From Wallemia ichthyophaga EXF-994 (lineage: Eukaryota; Fungi; Basidiomycota): a stretch of DNA of 62,000 bases. The notes beneath the pieces were generated by a model, which saw nothing but the letters and a program-made list of their open reading frames with translations, had not been told where the DNA came from and searched no databases. Position 1 is the stretch's first letter; every line of letters begins with the position of its first letter. Positions 1-12,540 of the stretch are shown in pieces. Position numbers and translations under genes: made by a program. The stretch is taken from NCBI RefSeq assembly GCF_000400465.1, contig NW_008806277.1, positions 180,001 through 242,000 on the forward strand, in the 5' to 3' direction.

Positions 1-470
1 AAGAAAGGGAAGGGATAGAATTGGCCGCTTGGTCTTCTGAGGACGAGTTCTGTGATGTCGTCATAAATTGATATTGGCAGACGATGAGCTTGGGCATACC
101 AACAACCTAATCAGAGTGTTGGATGGTTTTTATGCTACTAATTCCACCCACATCCCCTGCATTCCAATTTCTGCCTACAAATACTTGGTTGAACTGGTAT
201 TCCTCCAAGCTATTCACCTTAAGCCCCTCAGACTTCATCACTGGCCTAACCTGGGCAGCTAAAGAGCGTAGCAGACTAGGCAACTCATTAGCAACTCCTC
301 CACTCGCGCTGATCCGCTTCACTCAACTCCCTAGCCTCCTTCTGATTGCTGGCTGGCAATGCCGTAGTAAAATTAATTTCTGGGTTTGGATTCGCCTCCT
401 TCTCGTTTATCCTGCGTGCATCACAATGAGCTATTATCTACACCCTGAAATTTCCACACCTCAGCACCAT
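1..470 (-). CDS. WLM-domain (Wss1-like) metalloprotease, 5' part; runs off the window start
   Basis: Manual splicing gives MVLRINEKEANPNPEINF...LLRSLAAQVRPVMKSEGLKVNSLEEYQFNQVFVGRNWNAGD-VV-ELVLRRPSGQF, a typical WLM N-terminus. Includes a 7-nt exon at 100-106. Confidence 0.8.
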
Positions 471-983
471 GAAGTAGAATGAAATAAAGTGAAGTTGATA
501 CATTGTGCTGAGTAATCCAATCTCAAATATTTTCAAATCGTTCACCGATTACGCCATCTCTGCGATGCCTAGAAGTGGAGCTTGATAGGCATGCTTTATA
601 GTCACATATCTGGAAATTGGCCGCGGGGATGACATGAAGGCTGTGTAAATTCAATATATACTGCACGTGGAGTCGCTCGCCTTTACTTGGTTGCCCGGTG
701 CCCGAGTGCCCGGGTGTCTGTCGCAGCAAACACACAGGGAGTTCAGTAGACCAATGTAAGGGGCAAGTATACTCAAATATACGTTTATTATTCCATATGA
801 CACCCTCAATGCTATCGCAAAACCGTGTTTTACCCTTGTTTCAATTTTTACTCCGCTTTGCCTTTAAAAGCGCACTAATTCACTCTTCTTTGTTATCAGC
901 TATCAACTCGAAAGCAGCAGAGCTTCTTTCAAGAATAAAACATCTTTAAGTCTTCACAATCTCTTAATCTCACAGCAAGATCT

Positions 984-2138
984 ATGTTATTAACATCAAC
1001 ACTCCTTGCAATCGTAGCAACTGTCACAGCTCACGGGACTGTCAACCGTATCGACGTTGAAGGCGGACAGTCATTCTCTGGCCCACTAATCGGCTCAAAC
1101 GACAACAGCGGCCCAATCTGGCATGTCTCAACTAGCAGTCCAGTCACGGACCTCCAAAGCAATTCAATGTTCTGTGGTGTTGACGCTATCCCTGGTCAGC
1201 AATCACCTAATATCGGTGCTGGCTCGACTTTAACCATCCACTGGGGACAAGGTTACGCAGACAGTGGTGACCAATGGCCTCATAACACAGGCCCAATCAT
1301 GACCTACATGGCTAAATGTAATGGTGACTGCAGTAACGCAGACTCTGCCAGCTCCAACTTTTTCAAGATCTCCGAGCTCGGTATTGAGAATGGTGAATGG
1401 GTTCAAGCTCAACTCAAGAATGGTCAACCATACTCTGTTCAAATCCCAAATGATGTCCAACCTGGTAAGTGCATTGTGTGACTACTTAATATGGCTAAGA
1501 CTGTGACAGGTAATTACCTAATTAGAACGGAGATCGTTGCACTCCATTCAGGCGTTGAGAGTTACCCATCATGCTCACAGTTCACTGTGACTGGTGATGG
1601 CTCAAACTCATACGCAAGCGCTACAGCTAAATTCCCTGGTGCCTACTTAGCTTCTGATCCTGGTCTTCAAATTGCCGGTGGATCCGTATACAATATTCAA
1701 TCGAGTGTTGAATACCAATTTCCTGGTCCAGCACCCGTTACTGGAGTTCACTTGGGTGTACCTGTTGGTAGAAACGGAGGCAGCAAAAAGTTTGCTGCTC
1801 AACAGCCAAGCTCGGATTCATCACACTCAAGTTACAGCTCGGATAGCCAATCATTTAGCCAGCAATCGCAACAAAATGAATCAAAGTCGCAATCACAATC
1901 AAATGGACCAGACTCAGAATCTGGTAACTCTGGTTGCAACAACCAATACGAACAATGCCTTCAAGCATATGTTCCAGGCAGCGGAGACTTTGATTGTCAG
2001 ACTCAATTTGTCTCATGTCAACAACAGTCACTAGGAAGACGTTGGTCTACCATTCAAAGACCAACCAAACGCTCAAAATCGTTGAAGCGCACTCAACAAC
2101 GCAACGCTAGAATGATGTATCGTACCGTTCATTTGTAA
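984..2138 (+). CDS. Secreted AA9 (GH61) lytic polysaccharide monooxygenase with Ser/Gln-rich C-terminal extension
   Basis: Signal peptide followed by His1 (A|HGTV), WPHNTGPIMTYMA, NYLIRTEIVALH..E.YPSC. One intron at 1465-1509 joins ORFs 984..1481 and 1491..2138. Confidence 0.88.
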
Positions 2139-2608
2139 ACGGAGATAACTTCAACGCGGCTTTCATTCTCGAATAAAACAATAAGGAACCGGATTCCTTC
2201 AAATTGATTATAGCACATATCTCCCTCTCTTTACATACCTTGACGGTGCCATGTATTCTAACTAACGCTCGCTTATCTTATAACAGATCTGGAGGTCTTA
2301 CGAAATCACATCAATGTAAACAATACATATTTAACACGATTGTTGATCAATCTGTTTTCTTCTACGATAATTCCTTTTGGTGTAATGTGTGATGTCTTAG
2401 CAGTTGACGAGCTCTGGCACTTATTGCAAAATAAATTGTAGAAAATGGACCATGTATTTAAACAATGATATCATGTATTGAGTTTAAGTCTATTAAATAT
2501 TTGCCCTTTTATCCTAAAAAAACAATTTACTGACAAGTGTTCCGATCTATATGTACTTGAGATTTATAACGCGAAGGAATTAGTTAGTGAAAAATTATTT
2601 CCGTGATG

Positions 2609-4852
2609 CTACATAGCTGAGCGTCCAGCGGCTTTTTGTTTGATTAGAGTTGTCAAATACGAACAATCAACTACTTACTTTCGATTGGCAAAAATATTTG
2701 TGAAAGTCCACAGAATATTAAAAGTGCTCCAGAAACATACAGTGGTGTGGGTGATCCCGCTTTAGCCCCAAATGCGTGAATGATTGGTGCGAGTAAACCG
2801 AAAATTCTGTTCAAGCTGCTGCAAAGCGCGTCACCGGTAGCGCGATGTGGTCCAGGGAATGCTTCTGGTGTGTACTTTGGAAAATATCAGTAAGTTGAGG
2901 CTAATAAATCAACCAACTTACAGCAAAGAGAATACCATACATAGCATTTTGTGCGAAGGAGGCAACACATTGGAATGCGAGAATAGAGTCAGGTTGCTTC
3001 GTTGATGAGAACAAGAAGATGAAGATACCGGTTAAGATGGAGAAAATAGACAGTGCACCACGTCTACCAAACCAGCGACCTTTGACTTCAACGAGACCAG
3101 CAGCTATTAATGAACCTGGAATACCCAATACTGCTTGGATGGTGTAATCACGATATGTGTGATAAGTGTCCGAGTTGGTTTTTCCGTTCAAATAAGTTGG
3201 CAAGAATGAGTTGTATAAGGGGTAAGCAAGTCCGATGAGTGCCCAAGACATCATAAGTAAAATTGTGTTGATTGCAAGCTTTTTGGTGGCGAAAAGAGGC
3301 TGCAAAAATCTTAAATGATCTGAAGAGCGAAAGAGCGAGGAAATTACGCACCTTAATATGATTCAAGTTCATATGAGCCAAGTTCATTTTTATGAGCTCT
3401 TTAGTGGAGAATTTCTGTGGCTTTTGATCGAATTCCAGGCCCTGAGCACGAATGGCATCCTTCATCTTCTCCAAAGTGAGTGGGCATTCGACTCTGTTTT
3501 TCTTTGCAATATGCTCAATAACAGCAACAGCAGCCTCATCCTTTCCTTGGCTGAGGTAAAACTATACATAGTCAATACCGTACCTATAATTATGATTAAA
3601 CCAACCTTTGGAGATTCCTTGATCGGCAAAATGAAAGAACGAGTAAGGAACATCAAGAAAGTGAATCCGCCAACAACAAATAGACCATAACGCCATCCAG
3701 CATTAGTGTCCCAATTACAATTGCCGGCATCTGCCATAGCCTGATCACAAGCCCACTGCGGTTGACTGACGAAACCCCAAACAGCGACAGAACTTATTAC
3801 GAGACCGAGTGACCAGAAAGAGGAGAGCAAAGTAAGCAGCCATTGCTGTTTGGCTGGCAGGAATTCAAGCAGAAGCGCTCCATCGACTGGGAGATTACCG
3901 CCCAATCCTAGTCCAACACCAGCTGCCATGGCAGAAAAAGAAACGAAGCTGTTGGCTGATCCGATAGCAGTACCAAATGCACCACAAAGAAAAAGTGATG
4001 CATTGAACGATAGGAGCTTTTGACTGTTATGATGTATAGGTGAAGACAGATTGTACTCACACGACCAAATATGTCAGCTGAAAAGCCGAAGAAAGTAGCA
4101 CCAATAACCAAACCGACATAAAGTGCGAGCTGTGTATGATTAGTAAAAAACTTTTCAGTGTGATTTACTTTAACGTACAGTTGCCATCTCAAAATTTTCT
4201 GGTTGGAATTCATAGGTTATCCAGGTCAAAGAGACGGCAATTGCTCTGGGTGGTGGAAGTGTTAAGTTGGTTCAAATGCGTATGCAGGTGTACTCACTGA
4301 ATCCTGCATAAGTGTGAGTTTTTATGTGAGACCTAGTCAAATTAACGCACCACATGTTATCAGCTGAAAAGATTTAGTTAGGCTATTCGAATGCATGACC
4401 TCACTCACCAAGCCTGCCGCAGAGATTTAGAAGCTGTAAATATCAGAATGAACGACTCACCATCCCATTCCTAGTCATGAGTGAGCAAATATGCAAATCA
4501 ACGCTAACGAAGAAGGCTCACCTGCAACAAAGAAGAGTTGAATCTGATATCTCCCGAAGCCCATTTGATTCAGCGCATCGTTCACCTTAAACCTTGTCAG
4601 CCTTAGCTAATTTTTAATTAAGCAATCTACCATTTGGCATTTTATCTAGTAAATGACTTAATCAGCTCTGATAAAAAGCTTAGGCTTGGTGCTTACAGTA
4701 TAAGAATGCTCCAACCCATATGCTGAGCTGTTATCCAAACTCGATTCCGACTCGCTCACTTGTTTTGTATCGTAGAGAACCTTCTTCTCAGGTGATTGGT
4801 CTGAATGGTTAGACTGCGTCTGTAGCTGCTGTTCCATGTCTTTATTGTTCAT
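2609..4852 (-). CDS. Major facilitator superfamily transporter (SV2-like fungal family), multi-intron
   Basis: Spliced motifs GFGRYQ, GWLADNMW, GLGGNLPVDGALLLEFLP, YTPEAFP; many TM segments; ORFs 2901..3305, 3462..3929 and 4658..4852 plus micro-exons. Confidence 0.85.
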
Positions 4853-5582
4853 TTCAATTTAATTTAAACTCGCTCCTGATCAAGGATTGCGCTCCGCTCA
4901 CAAGTTTGACGATCTTGAGGATTCTCCCATTAATATAAAATGAATATGGGAGCATCGTTATTTTTATAAAAATAAGCAAGTCAATCACTGACCTGAGAGC
5001 AAAGCGCACGTATTTTCCTCGGCTTTGTACGCTCATTCAACGAAGAGATTTAGCCAATTTCACCATCATCTGATATCATCATCAGTTACATAACAATTGT
5101 GATGTGCATTAAGAAATCTATCACGCTTTACAACTTTTAAATTAACTCTTTTATATTCCATGTTCTTTTCTTTCTATCCGCATCCGTAAATCTTTCTCCG
5201 CCGTTTCACACCCTGCCGATAAGCGGTACCCAAATTGAGTCTTGTTAGCACCGATGAGCTTCTTGAGTTATTCTGCATTCCACAATACTTTAAACTAAAC
5301 GTTTTACATTCATGCCAAATGCCAATTAATTCCGAATCAAATTTTTGAGCTTCACGCCCTTCAAATTTCCAAGTCAAATCAAATTTTTAAAGGCGCTCAT
5401 TTTGAATACTAAAGGGGAACTTTCACGACTCACCTCAAATTAAAAAATCGCACATATCTCCGGCAAATGACGAAAAAATCGTGATTGAATCACACTGGCA
5501 TGCAAAAAAAGAATCTACGCATGAATTAATATAATTTTTATGCCGTAACTCCAGATTCCATTTCGCTGATATCGTACCTTGA

Positions 5583-7883
5583 TCATCTCGCGCCACTGAT
5601 CCAGTTACAGACATCTGAGAAGACATTTGACTCCAAATTACGTAAGTCTATTCAAATCGGTACAATACTGATAGAATCATTACAAACAACTTGTAAACCG
5701 ACTTTAAGCGAATCAGCCAAGTTGCTATCGAATTTTTGTATAGTCTTGGCGGGCTCCTCGCCGATACTCTCGCACGGGACATCCCGCTCCATTCTATTGA
5801 GCACCTCATTGGTCGACTGTGATAAAAATGTTCTGACGGCGAGTGGATCAGATCTCAGTGCTGCGGGCGGCAGGGTATTCTTCAGGTTTGTGTGCGTCGC
5901 TTGAAGCGCGCCTAAAGCTTGTGACGCTGGCAAAGTTGTGATATTACCCTGTGTAAGCGTCGTCATGCGCACGACTGGAAGCTTTTAATGAGGTCAGCGG
6001 GTGTGCACGTTATCTAACGGTAAGCTCACAAGGAGATAGTGATACGAGGAGGCATTGGGTAAGTAGCTGTGCCCGAGTCTGATTGCAGATACCAGAGTGA
6101 AAGCAATGTCATTCAATAGTGTCTCTTTGAAAGAAGACGCGGAGATTGACTTCCAGTTCTTGATCAATAGTTCCAGAGTGTTAGATAGAGTAGACCATAA
6201 TTCATACCAATGGTATTCTGTGGAGCGCGTTAGAATGTGGTACACTAATACTCAATAACCACCCACGTAAGCTCGCCTGCAATCGCTGAATATGCCAGAG
6301 CGCACGATTAATGATATGTACTGCAATTAATGAGTTCTCAATGTTAAACTCCTCCTTCTCTGCAGGCTTGGGTATATTGAATCTCAAGTATATTGTACAG
6401 CAATCCAACACTGACTCCATCATTGGTCTATATGCTTTCGGTACTGGTAGTTGAGGCTTCCGCTGCCTACATATGTCTATGCGTCTATTGTCTATAACTG
6501 GTGCTGCGGAATTTGGTGTTAACGGTGTGTTAGTACCGTTGGATTGTAAAGGCTGACTCTTTGGTGATTGTGGCACTGAAGATGGCGCGCTCTTACCTGA
6601 AGAGTTTGAGGAGGTTGGTTTGAGAAGTACCTCTGCGCATTCATCTGCCTCTACTAAGGCTGAGACGGTGTACAAACCTAACGAAGCATATGCTTGTGCA
6701 CGCTTATTGGCGGATGCATGTGTGAAGATGTACGAAAGTGCGGAAAGTAGAGTTACTGGAGCGTTAGGTTCACCTGGCGGTTGACTGTAAATCAAAACCT
6801 CGCATAGCAAACCTGAAAATATTGAGTTGGCATTAATGAACTCGAAAAATGGCAGTAGAATGGCTGTCACGTTGGCAGGTCTAGAGAATCGCGTTAGCTT
6901 TGTCCTAAGCACCACTGAAAACGACCCACAAATCACCATACACTTCTTTTGATATATTGGAATCATCATGATTGTTTGAAAAGGGCAATATTGACATTAT
7001 TGAGTTGGAGATAGACTTAGCAGGTAGTCTGGTGTGATATTCACTGATGCATTTTTCCATTGCAGTGCTCGTTATCAAGATAATCTTTTTCATGACGTCT
7101 GTCTCAACAAAATCACGCACACGACGTAGGTATCTGTTGAGATTTTGAGCTTGAGCTTTGTGATAGTTGGATAAAACGCCTATCAAGAGAGTGGCCTCAA
7201 AAGTGAAACCAGTAGTCGGAGGGGAGGAAATGATTCTGATGAGTGAGTTGAAGAGATCACGTCTTTGAAAGAAGGCACCTATAGCACCTTGATTAACACC
7301 ACAAACAAAAAGAATTGTCAAGTGTAAAGTGCGATGAATTGTGGCAGAGTTAGCTTCGGGGTATTTAAGGGTGTTGTCGATTGCTGCGACTAAGTCAGAT
7401 ATTGTTTTGTCGCTATGTCCATTGCCGCAAAGAGCTTGGGTGATGTTTGTAGATATCTTAAGCTTTGAGATAACAGTTTTTGAGAGTAAAACCATTGTCT
7501 ACGAATTTGTATTAGCTGTGCAGAAAGCAAAAAACACAAGCAACGTACGTGTAAAGCGTTGAGCTTTCTAGGATCATCGAAGGAACTCTTTTGATAGAAC
7601 TCCAAGGACATAGTAAAGAATAGAGTGATTATAGGCTGAAGATCCTTTTCAATCCTCGTTGATTCAAACTGATCGAATTGAGTTGCGAACCAGAGACGGT
7701 GACTGGGCAGCCAATCAAGGCAGAATAAATCGGTGAAGAACCTCTTTTGATCAGATTCGGCGTCCTTTGGTAGTTTTCCCTGGTGTGGATAAGAATGAGT
7801 GCGATAAGGAGGGTATAGCGTACATCAAAGAATTGCTGGTAAATAGAAATGAGCTTTGGTTGTCGTTGAACAGCGCTGTGCAT
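5583..7883 (-). CDS. DUF1741 / ARMH3 (C10orf76)-like armadillo-helical protein; 3' end approximate
   Basis: QPKLISIYQQFFD N-terminus; LSNYHKA..LNRYL, VLDCCTIYLRFN and YHWYELWSTL segments resemble the fungal DUF1741 family. Last exon frame uncertain. Confidence 0.6.
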
Positions 7884-7965
7884 TTTGAGTGTACAAATCG
7901 AATTTGACCACGTCGCAGAGAGACGAGAAGGTAACTCGGTTCGGAACGACCAAGTTGAGGATATT

Positions 7966-8366
7966 ATGAGTGAGAAAGCGAGGGAAATGATTGAGATTCC
8001 ACAGCAATTCTTGAAGGAAGGATCTCAAGTGGGTTTGAATGTTTTCAACTGCATTATCACTGATGAGCTGTAGTTCATGAACAGGTGTACCAAGCCAAAC
8101 CAGCGCGGTTAGTAGATTTCCTGGGGAAATTGGCTTTACTAACGTACAAGGAAGAATACATACAAATCTGTAAGGCAGTTGCCATAGGATTTGCTATAAT
8201 GGGATTCATTGGTTACTTTGTGAAGCTGATACACATTCCAATGTGAGTTTGGTGATATATGAATGTAATAATCTAATGCAACCTCCAGCAACAACATTCT
8301 CGTGTAAGAAACCAAAACTCATCGATGACGTATAAGCTAACAGAAGCATACAGCGCTGGTCAATAG
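7966..8366 (+). CDS. SSS1: Sec61 translocon gamma subunit
   Basis: Spliced: [70 protein letters not shown]; 4 introns. Confidence 0.93.
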
Positions 8367-8545
8367 AATGTAAAGGTTAAAAAGGGGAATCGTAAACTGA
8401 ATGAATTTGTGTACTAAATAATCTCATATCATTAGTCTCTTTCCGGGATATTTGTGTGATGCTTATGTGAAAATTGATGTTTGAGGCTATAACGGTGTAA
8501 TCTGAAGCGATCTGAGTACTCTAAACCTTTTACCAAGTCAATTAA

Positions 8546-9007
8546 ATGTCAAGTTTAAATTCAAAATTATTTTCCAAAAAGCAAACACAGCCTCGACTTC
8601 CCACGCCATACCTACGACCCTCTGAAATGGGAAACAAGCAGCCTTCAGCGAAACCAACGAAACCAGCGACGCTTCTGTCACCTGCGAATATATTAAAGAT
8701 AGCTATCACTCAATTAACATACCCTTTCTCACTGGTCAACAAGAAAACGAAATCGACTAAAAATAGATTAATCGATCACAACCAGAGCAGGCTGAACAGA
8801 TTACTTCATTTGATAATGACTGTTTCAATGCTTATTATCGTCGTTATCACATTTTATATATTTCAAACCAAGATTTCGCGACAAATTCAATCTCAAACTC
8901 AGTCATATCCGCATCAACAGCCAAGGAGAATGTGCAGGCGGCGCATTCCGAGTAAGTGTGGTGCTGCTGATGATATTCAGCTACTGATTTTGCATTCAGA
9001 TGGATAA
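8546..9007 (+). CDS. Hypothetical basic single-pass membrane protein
   Basis: 153-aa ORF with one hydrophobic stretch (LIMTVSMLIIVVITFYIF) in a gap between SSS1 and DUF423; possible terminal intron at about 8952-8999; no family recognised. Confidence 0.4.
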   Translation: MSSLNSKLFSKKQTQPRLPTPYLRPSEMGNKQPSAKPTKPATLLSPANILKIAITQLTYPFSLVNKKTKSTKNRLIDHNQSRLNRLLHLIMTVSMLIIVVITFYIFQTKISRQIQSQTQSYPHQQPRRMCRRRIPSKCGAADDIQLLILHSDG

Positions 9008-9155
9008 ATAAATCAAATTACTCAGCAGTTGTTTTCTTTCTTCTTCTGTCTTGGAATATTGTGTCGCATTTCAAATATTTAATTATACAACTGTACAAAT
9101 ATACAACTGTACAATTATACATGATAATTTATTCGTTTAATCATTCATTCCAGCG

Positions 9156-9669
9156 CTACGCCAACGCGAGTGATACATATCTAGACATAGACACAAAGCT
9201 TTAGCGTCAAATATTGATCACCATAAAACTTAACTCACCCCAATATCATACTCAGACCACCTAAAGGTGTTACCGGTCCTAAAAACTTAAATCTAACTAA
9301 CGTTAATGAAAATTTTGTCATTGAAACACAATCACTAACTTATCTCTGTTCAGCACCAGTGCATATATTGATCCAGAGAACAAAATTGATCCAGTAAGTA
9401 TAGCAGGTGCAGCAAATTTAGACTTTGACGCACGAGGATGCAGACTCGTTGCCATCAGCGCTAAACCGTTGAAGACGGCATAGTGTGACCCTGTCATCCA
9501 ACTCTCAATCTGCCTTGGCTGAATACCCGCTCTTGCACGTAATCCTGCTTATCAATTAGCTGTGCGATTGTCCATCGAAAAATAGCGCACCATGTGCTCC
9601 AAATGCTCCAAAGCCAATACCAGTAGCTGCCAATAAAGCCCCAGATTTCCAAATCACAGTTTCGTTCAT
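9156..9669 (-). CDS. DUF423 / TMEM256-like small membrane protein
   Basis: Spliced: IWKSGALLAATGIGFGAFGAHGL...WMTGSHY...LFSGSIYAL...LGPVTPLGGLSMILGY, the DUF423 signature. Confidence 0.88.
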
Positions 9670-9733
9670 TTTCCCTTTAGCGATGATGGCTGTCTTCTTC
9701 CATCTAACCTCTAAACACCCAACATCCACAGAA

Positions 9734-10001
9734 ATGACTTTGAGCGTGGCTGAAGCTAGTGATCCAAAGAAGAACCCCCTCAATCCAGAAGGCATAAAAC
9801 CGTAAGTCTCTTCACCGAACACCGATAAGCCACTAAGATTTCCTTAGTTGCTGTGTATGTCCACAGACCAAGAAAGCAAGAGATGAATGCTTCCTTTTCA
9901 ATGGCTCAAATGCAGACTCTTCCAACGGCTCATCCGATGCTTGCAAGGGCGTTTTAGAAGCTCATCAAGCGTGTATGCGTTCATTTGGATTCCCAGTTTG
10001 A
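9734..10001 (+). CDS. COX17: Cytochrome c oxidase copper chaperone Cox17 (absent from the ORF track)
   Basis: Exons 9734-9801 and 9848-10001 give ...[26 protein letters not shown]...ACKGVLEAHQACMRSFGFPV: CC copper motif plus twin CX9C-type cysteines. Confidence 0.93.
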
Positions 10002-10060
10002 TCTACCTTTCAACTCTAGACGTCTCTTTAAATTATTAACATTAAGTGTACAAACATTCA

Positions 10061-12413
10061 CTACTTCTTTCCTTGCCTCACTGATAACTTTATCTGATCG
10101 CCATCATCGAGATTGTAACTCGCTATAGTTTTTGAATTGGATAAAGTTATGTTTCCAAAATCTAACTTCATTCTACCAATCGGTGGCCCGCGTTTGCCCG
10201 CTCCATTCTTGTCCTCCAATGCCTCAGATATGTGCTCACGTATCACACCGCTCATTGCTGTCAGTGGAGTTGGAGATAGCTGAACAATCGATCCATCTAG
10301 TCCCCATTCTGAGTTGCTTTGATCCAGCGGAAGTTGGACTTTTAGTGTTACTTGACCTGCTGGATGATAATCCATCCACCTATGGATTGCTCATCAATAA
10401 GAGACACTAACAACAGAAAGTCAACATACTCATCCTCGGTATAATACTGTCCTTCTGGTAGCTTTTGCACTTTAGCGCGCTTAGATTTAACTGCAAATGG
10501 TTCCATTTCAGCTTCATCAGCCGTCCGCACATTGCCAGAATGTGGCATATGAAATTTGGGAACAGAAGGTCCCGATGGTGCTGCTGACATTGTTGCACCC
10601 GATGGATCGTACATGTTTCCATATGAGTTGATTTGCGGACCAGCTGTTGTGGCTTGTGGCGCTTGACTGCTGAGCTGTTAGAAATTTCAACGTTTAATCG
10701 AGACAACCCACTTTATTCCGAGCGTCTGGTTAATTCTTTCAGCTTGGACCTCTGAGTCCGCTTGCGCTTGGTAGCGTTGTGATATACTGTCAGCACTAGC
10801 CGTGTGACCATCCCAGACTCCAGCCTCTTTCCTTCTCTTGACATCTTGAGCTGCTGCTTCAGCCTCCTTCCTTCTAAGCTCGGCTTTCTCTCTATCTTGT
10901 CCGAATATATCTGTACGCCCTTGCGCAAGATTCTTGAGTGAGGAAGCAACGTCTGCACCTTGCTGCAATAGCACTGAAGCTTGACGCCTGCTTTCTGCAT
11001 ACTCCTTCTTCTCTTGCCACTTTGGATCTAAAAGCTCTATACGCAAGTGATTGGCGAATTCCTCGTTCGGCACAAGTGCACCGGAGATTGGTGAGCGTGA
11101 GAAGCCTTGCGGTATCTGTTGCTGTTGCTTTTGTGCTGAAGAAGAAGTAAGTATGTTATAATGGTGTAACAAATACACTCACACTTTGGTACATAATTGG
11201 TCTTGATCTTCATTCCCTCTGGTGCAATTGGAGCTTGAGCAGTCGGTTGTGGAGTATATTGTTGCGGTACATGTCCTTGTCCTTGCTGTGGTGCTGCTTC
11301 CATATTTACATCTTGTGTTGATGTGGATGGTTCGGTGATAATCTCTTCCTCGAGGAGGGACGTCATTCGCTTTTGTGCCATTGCAAGGTTCCTGACTTCC
11401 TTGATAGAGAGAGGAGCAGGCAATTCAAGGACGCTATCAGCTGGAGTGATCTCAATAGTCTCACAAACGACAAAGTCCTGCCAATCAATACTTTGAAATG
11501 CCGCTAAATTGAAATTAGCTCAAGTTGGGGCATATAAACGAGATAAAACCCACCTAACTCCTTTTCAGACTCCTGCTCACGCTTCTTCAAACCATCTCTC
11601 TTATAACTCTCCCATTCAGCACGTAAATTTGCGTTATCAACGAGCTGCTTCTTCTTTTCTGATAGGCTAAGCCTATCAAAGTCATCATCTAAAGGTGCAG
11701 AAGTACCCTTGATAACTTTCATGTACTGTTCAACATAATTGTTAAATAAACCGAATAGACTGTGATTTGGACGCAGGAAATCGAATTGAGGATTACGATT
11801 CTCACGACCACCAAGCATAGAAATAAAAGATTTCCCACGACGAGCAGTGAATAGTGCAGTGAGTCGTATAATATCCCTTAATGCACGTATTAGATTATGA
11901 TTTGATGGGTATCAGGCAGATGATACTCACAAATCAACAGCCAAAGCGTTGTCAGGAATATCAGCACTGAATTCATGCGCTAATGGTTCCTTTGGGATTG
12001 GCTTTGAAGGGTAAGTTGATGGCACTTGTGATATTGAAGGAGTGCTAGCTGCTGATCTACCAAAGGTATCTGAACGAATTTTAGCTCTCTGAATAGCCCT
12101 CCAGCTTCTTAGTTACCTTCTTTATCTCCTGCCTTTACTCTGTCGCACTTCCATTTGTAATAACCGTGATAAGCGTCTGCTGAGTTCAAAAATGCAAATT
12201 TCGCGTTAGATCTTTCTTTCTCTCTAATCTTCTCTTCCAAAAGAGCACCGTGTGGGGAATTTGCGACGTAATTTGCAGTTTTATCAACTATGCCTGGAGA
12301 AGGTGTGAGTGGATGGAGGTTGAGAGGCAATGAGGCGCACTTCTAATATCTGGTGGTGGATATATCATTCCCTCGGGCGGAGGAATTTTTGTAATTTGTG
12401 GATTGCCGTTCAT
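10061..12413 (-). CDS. PRP21: Splicing factor 3A subunit 1 (two SURP domains, PRP21-like domain, C-terminal ubiquitin-like domain)
   Basis: IYPPPDIR/IVDKTANYVA (SURP1), NPQFDFLRPNHSLFGLFN (SURP2), FANHLRIELLDPKW, C-terminal UBL (IASYNLDDGDQIKL). Confidence 0.92.
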
Positions 12414-12540
12414 CTGTTGGTGGTGGTGGTGAGAGATGGCAAGAGAGATGGTAAGAGATGGAACACAAGGGGAAATAAATGATATAATTATTAATGCGAT
12501 AGTTACAAATATTCGAATACAATTAATTTTAGTCATTAAC

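Noticed and set aside
9556-9905. Open frame extending the DUF423 gene upstream on the minus strand
   Set aside because: It is the antisense shadow of COX17 on the plus strand.
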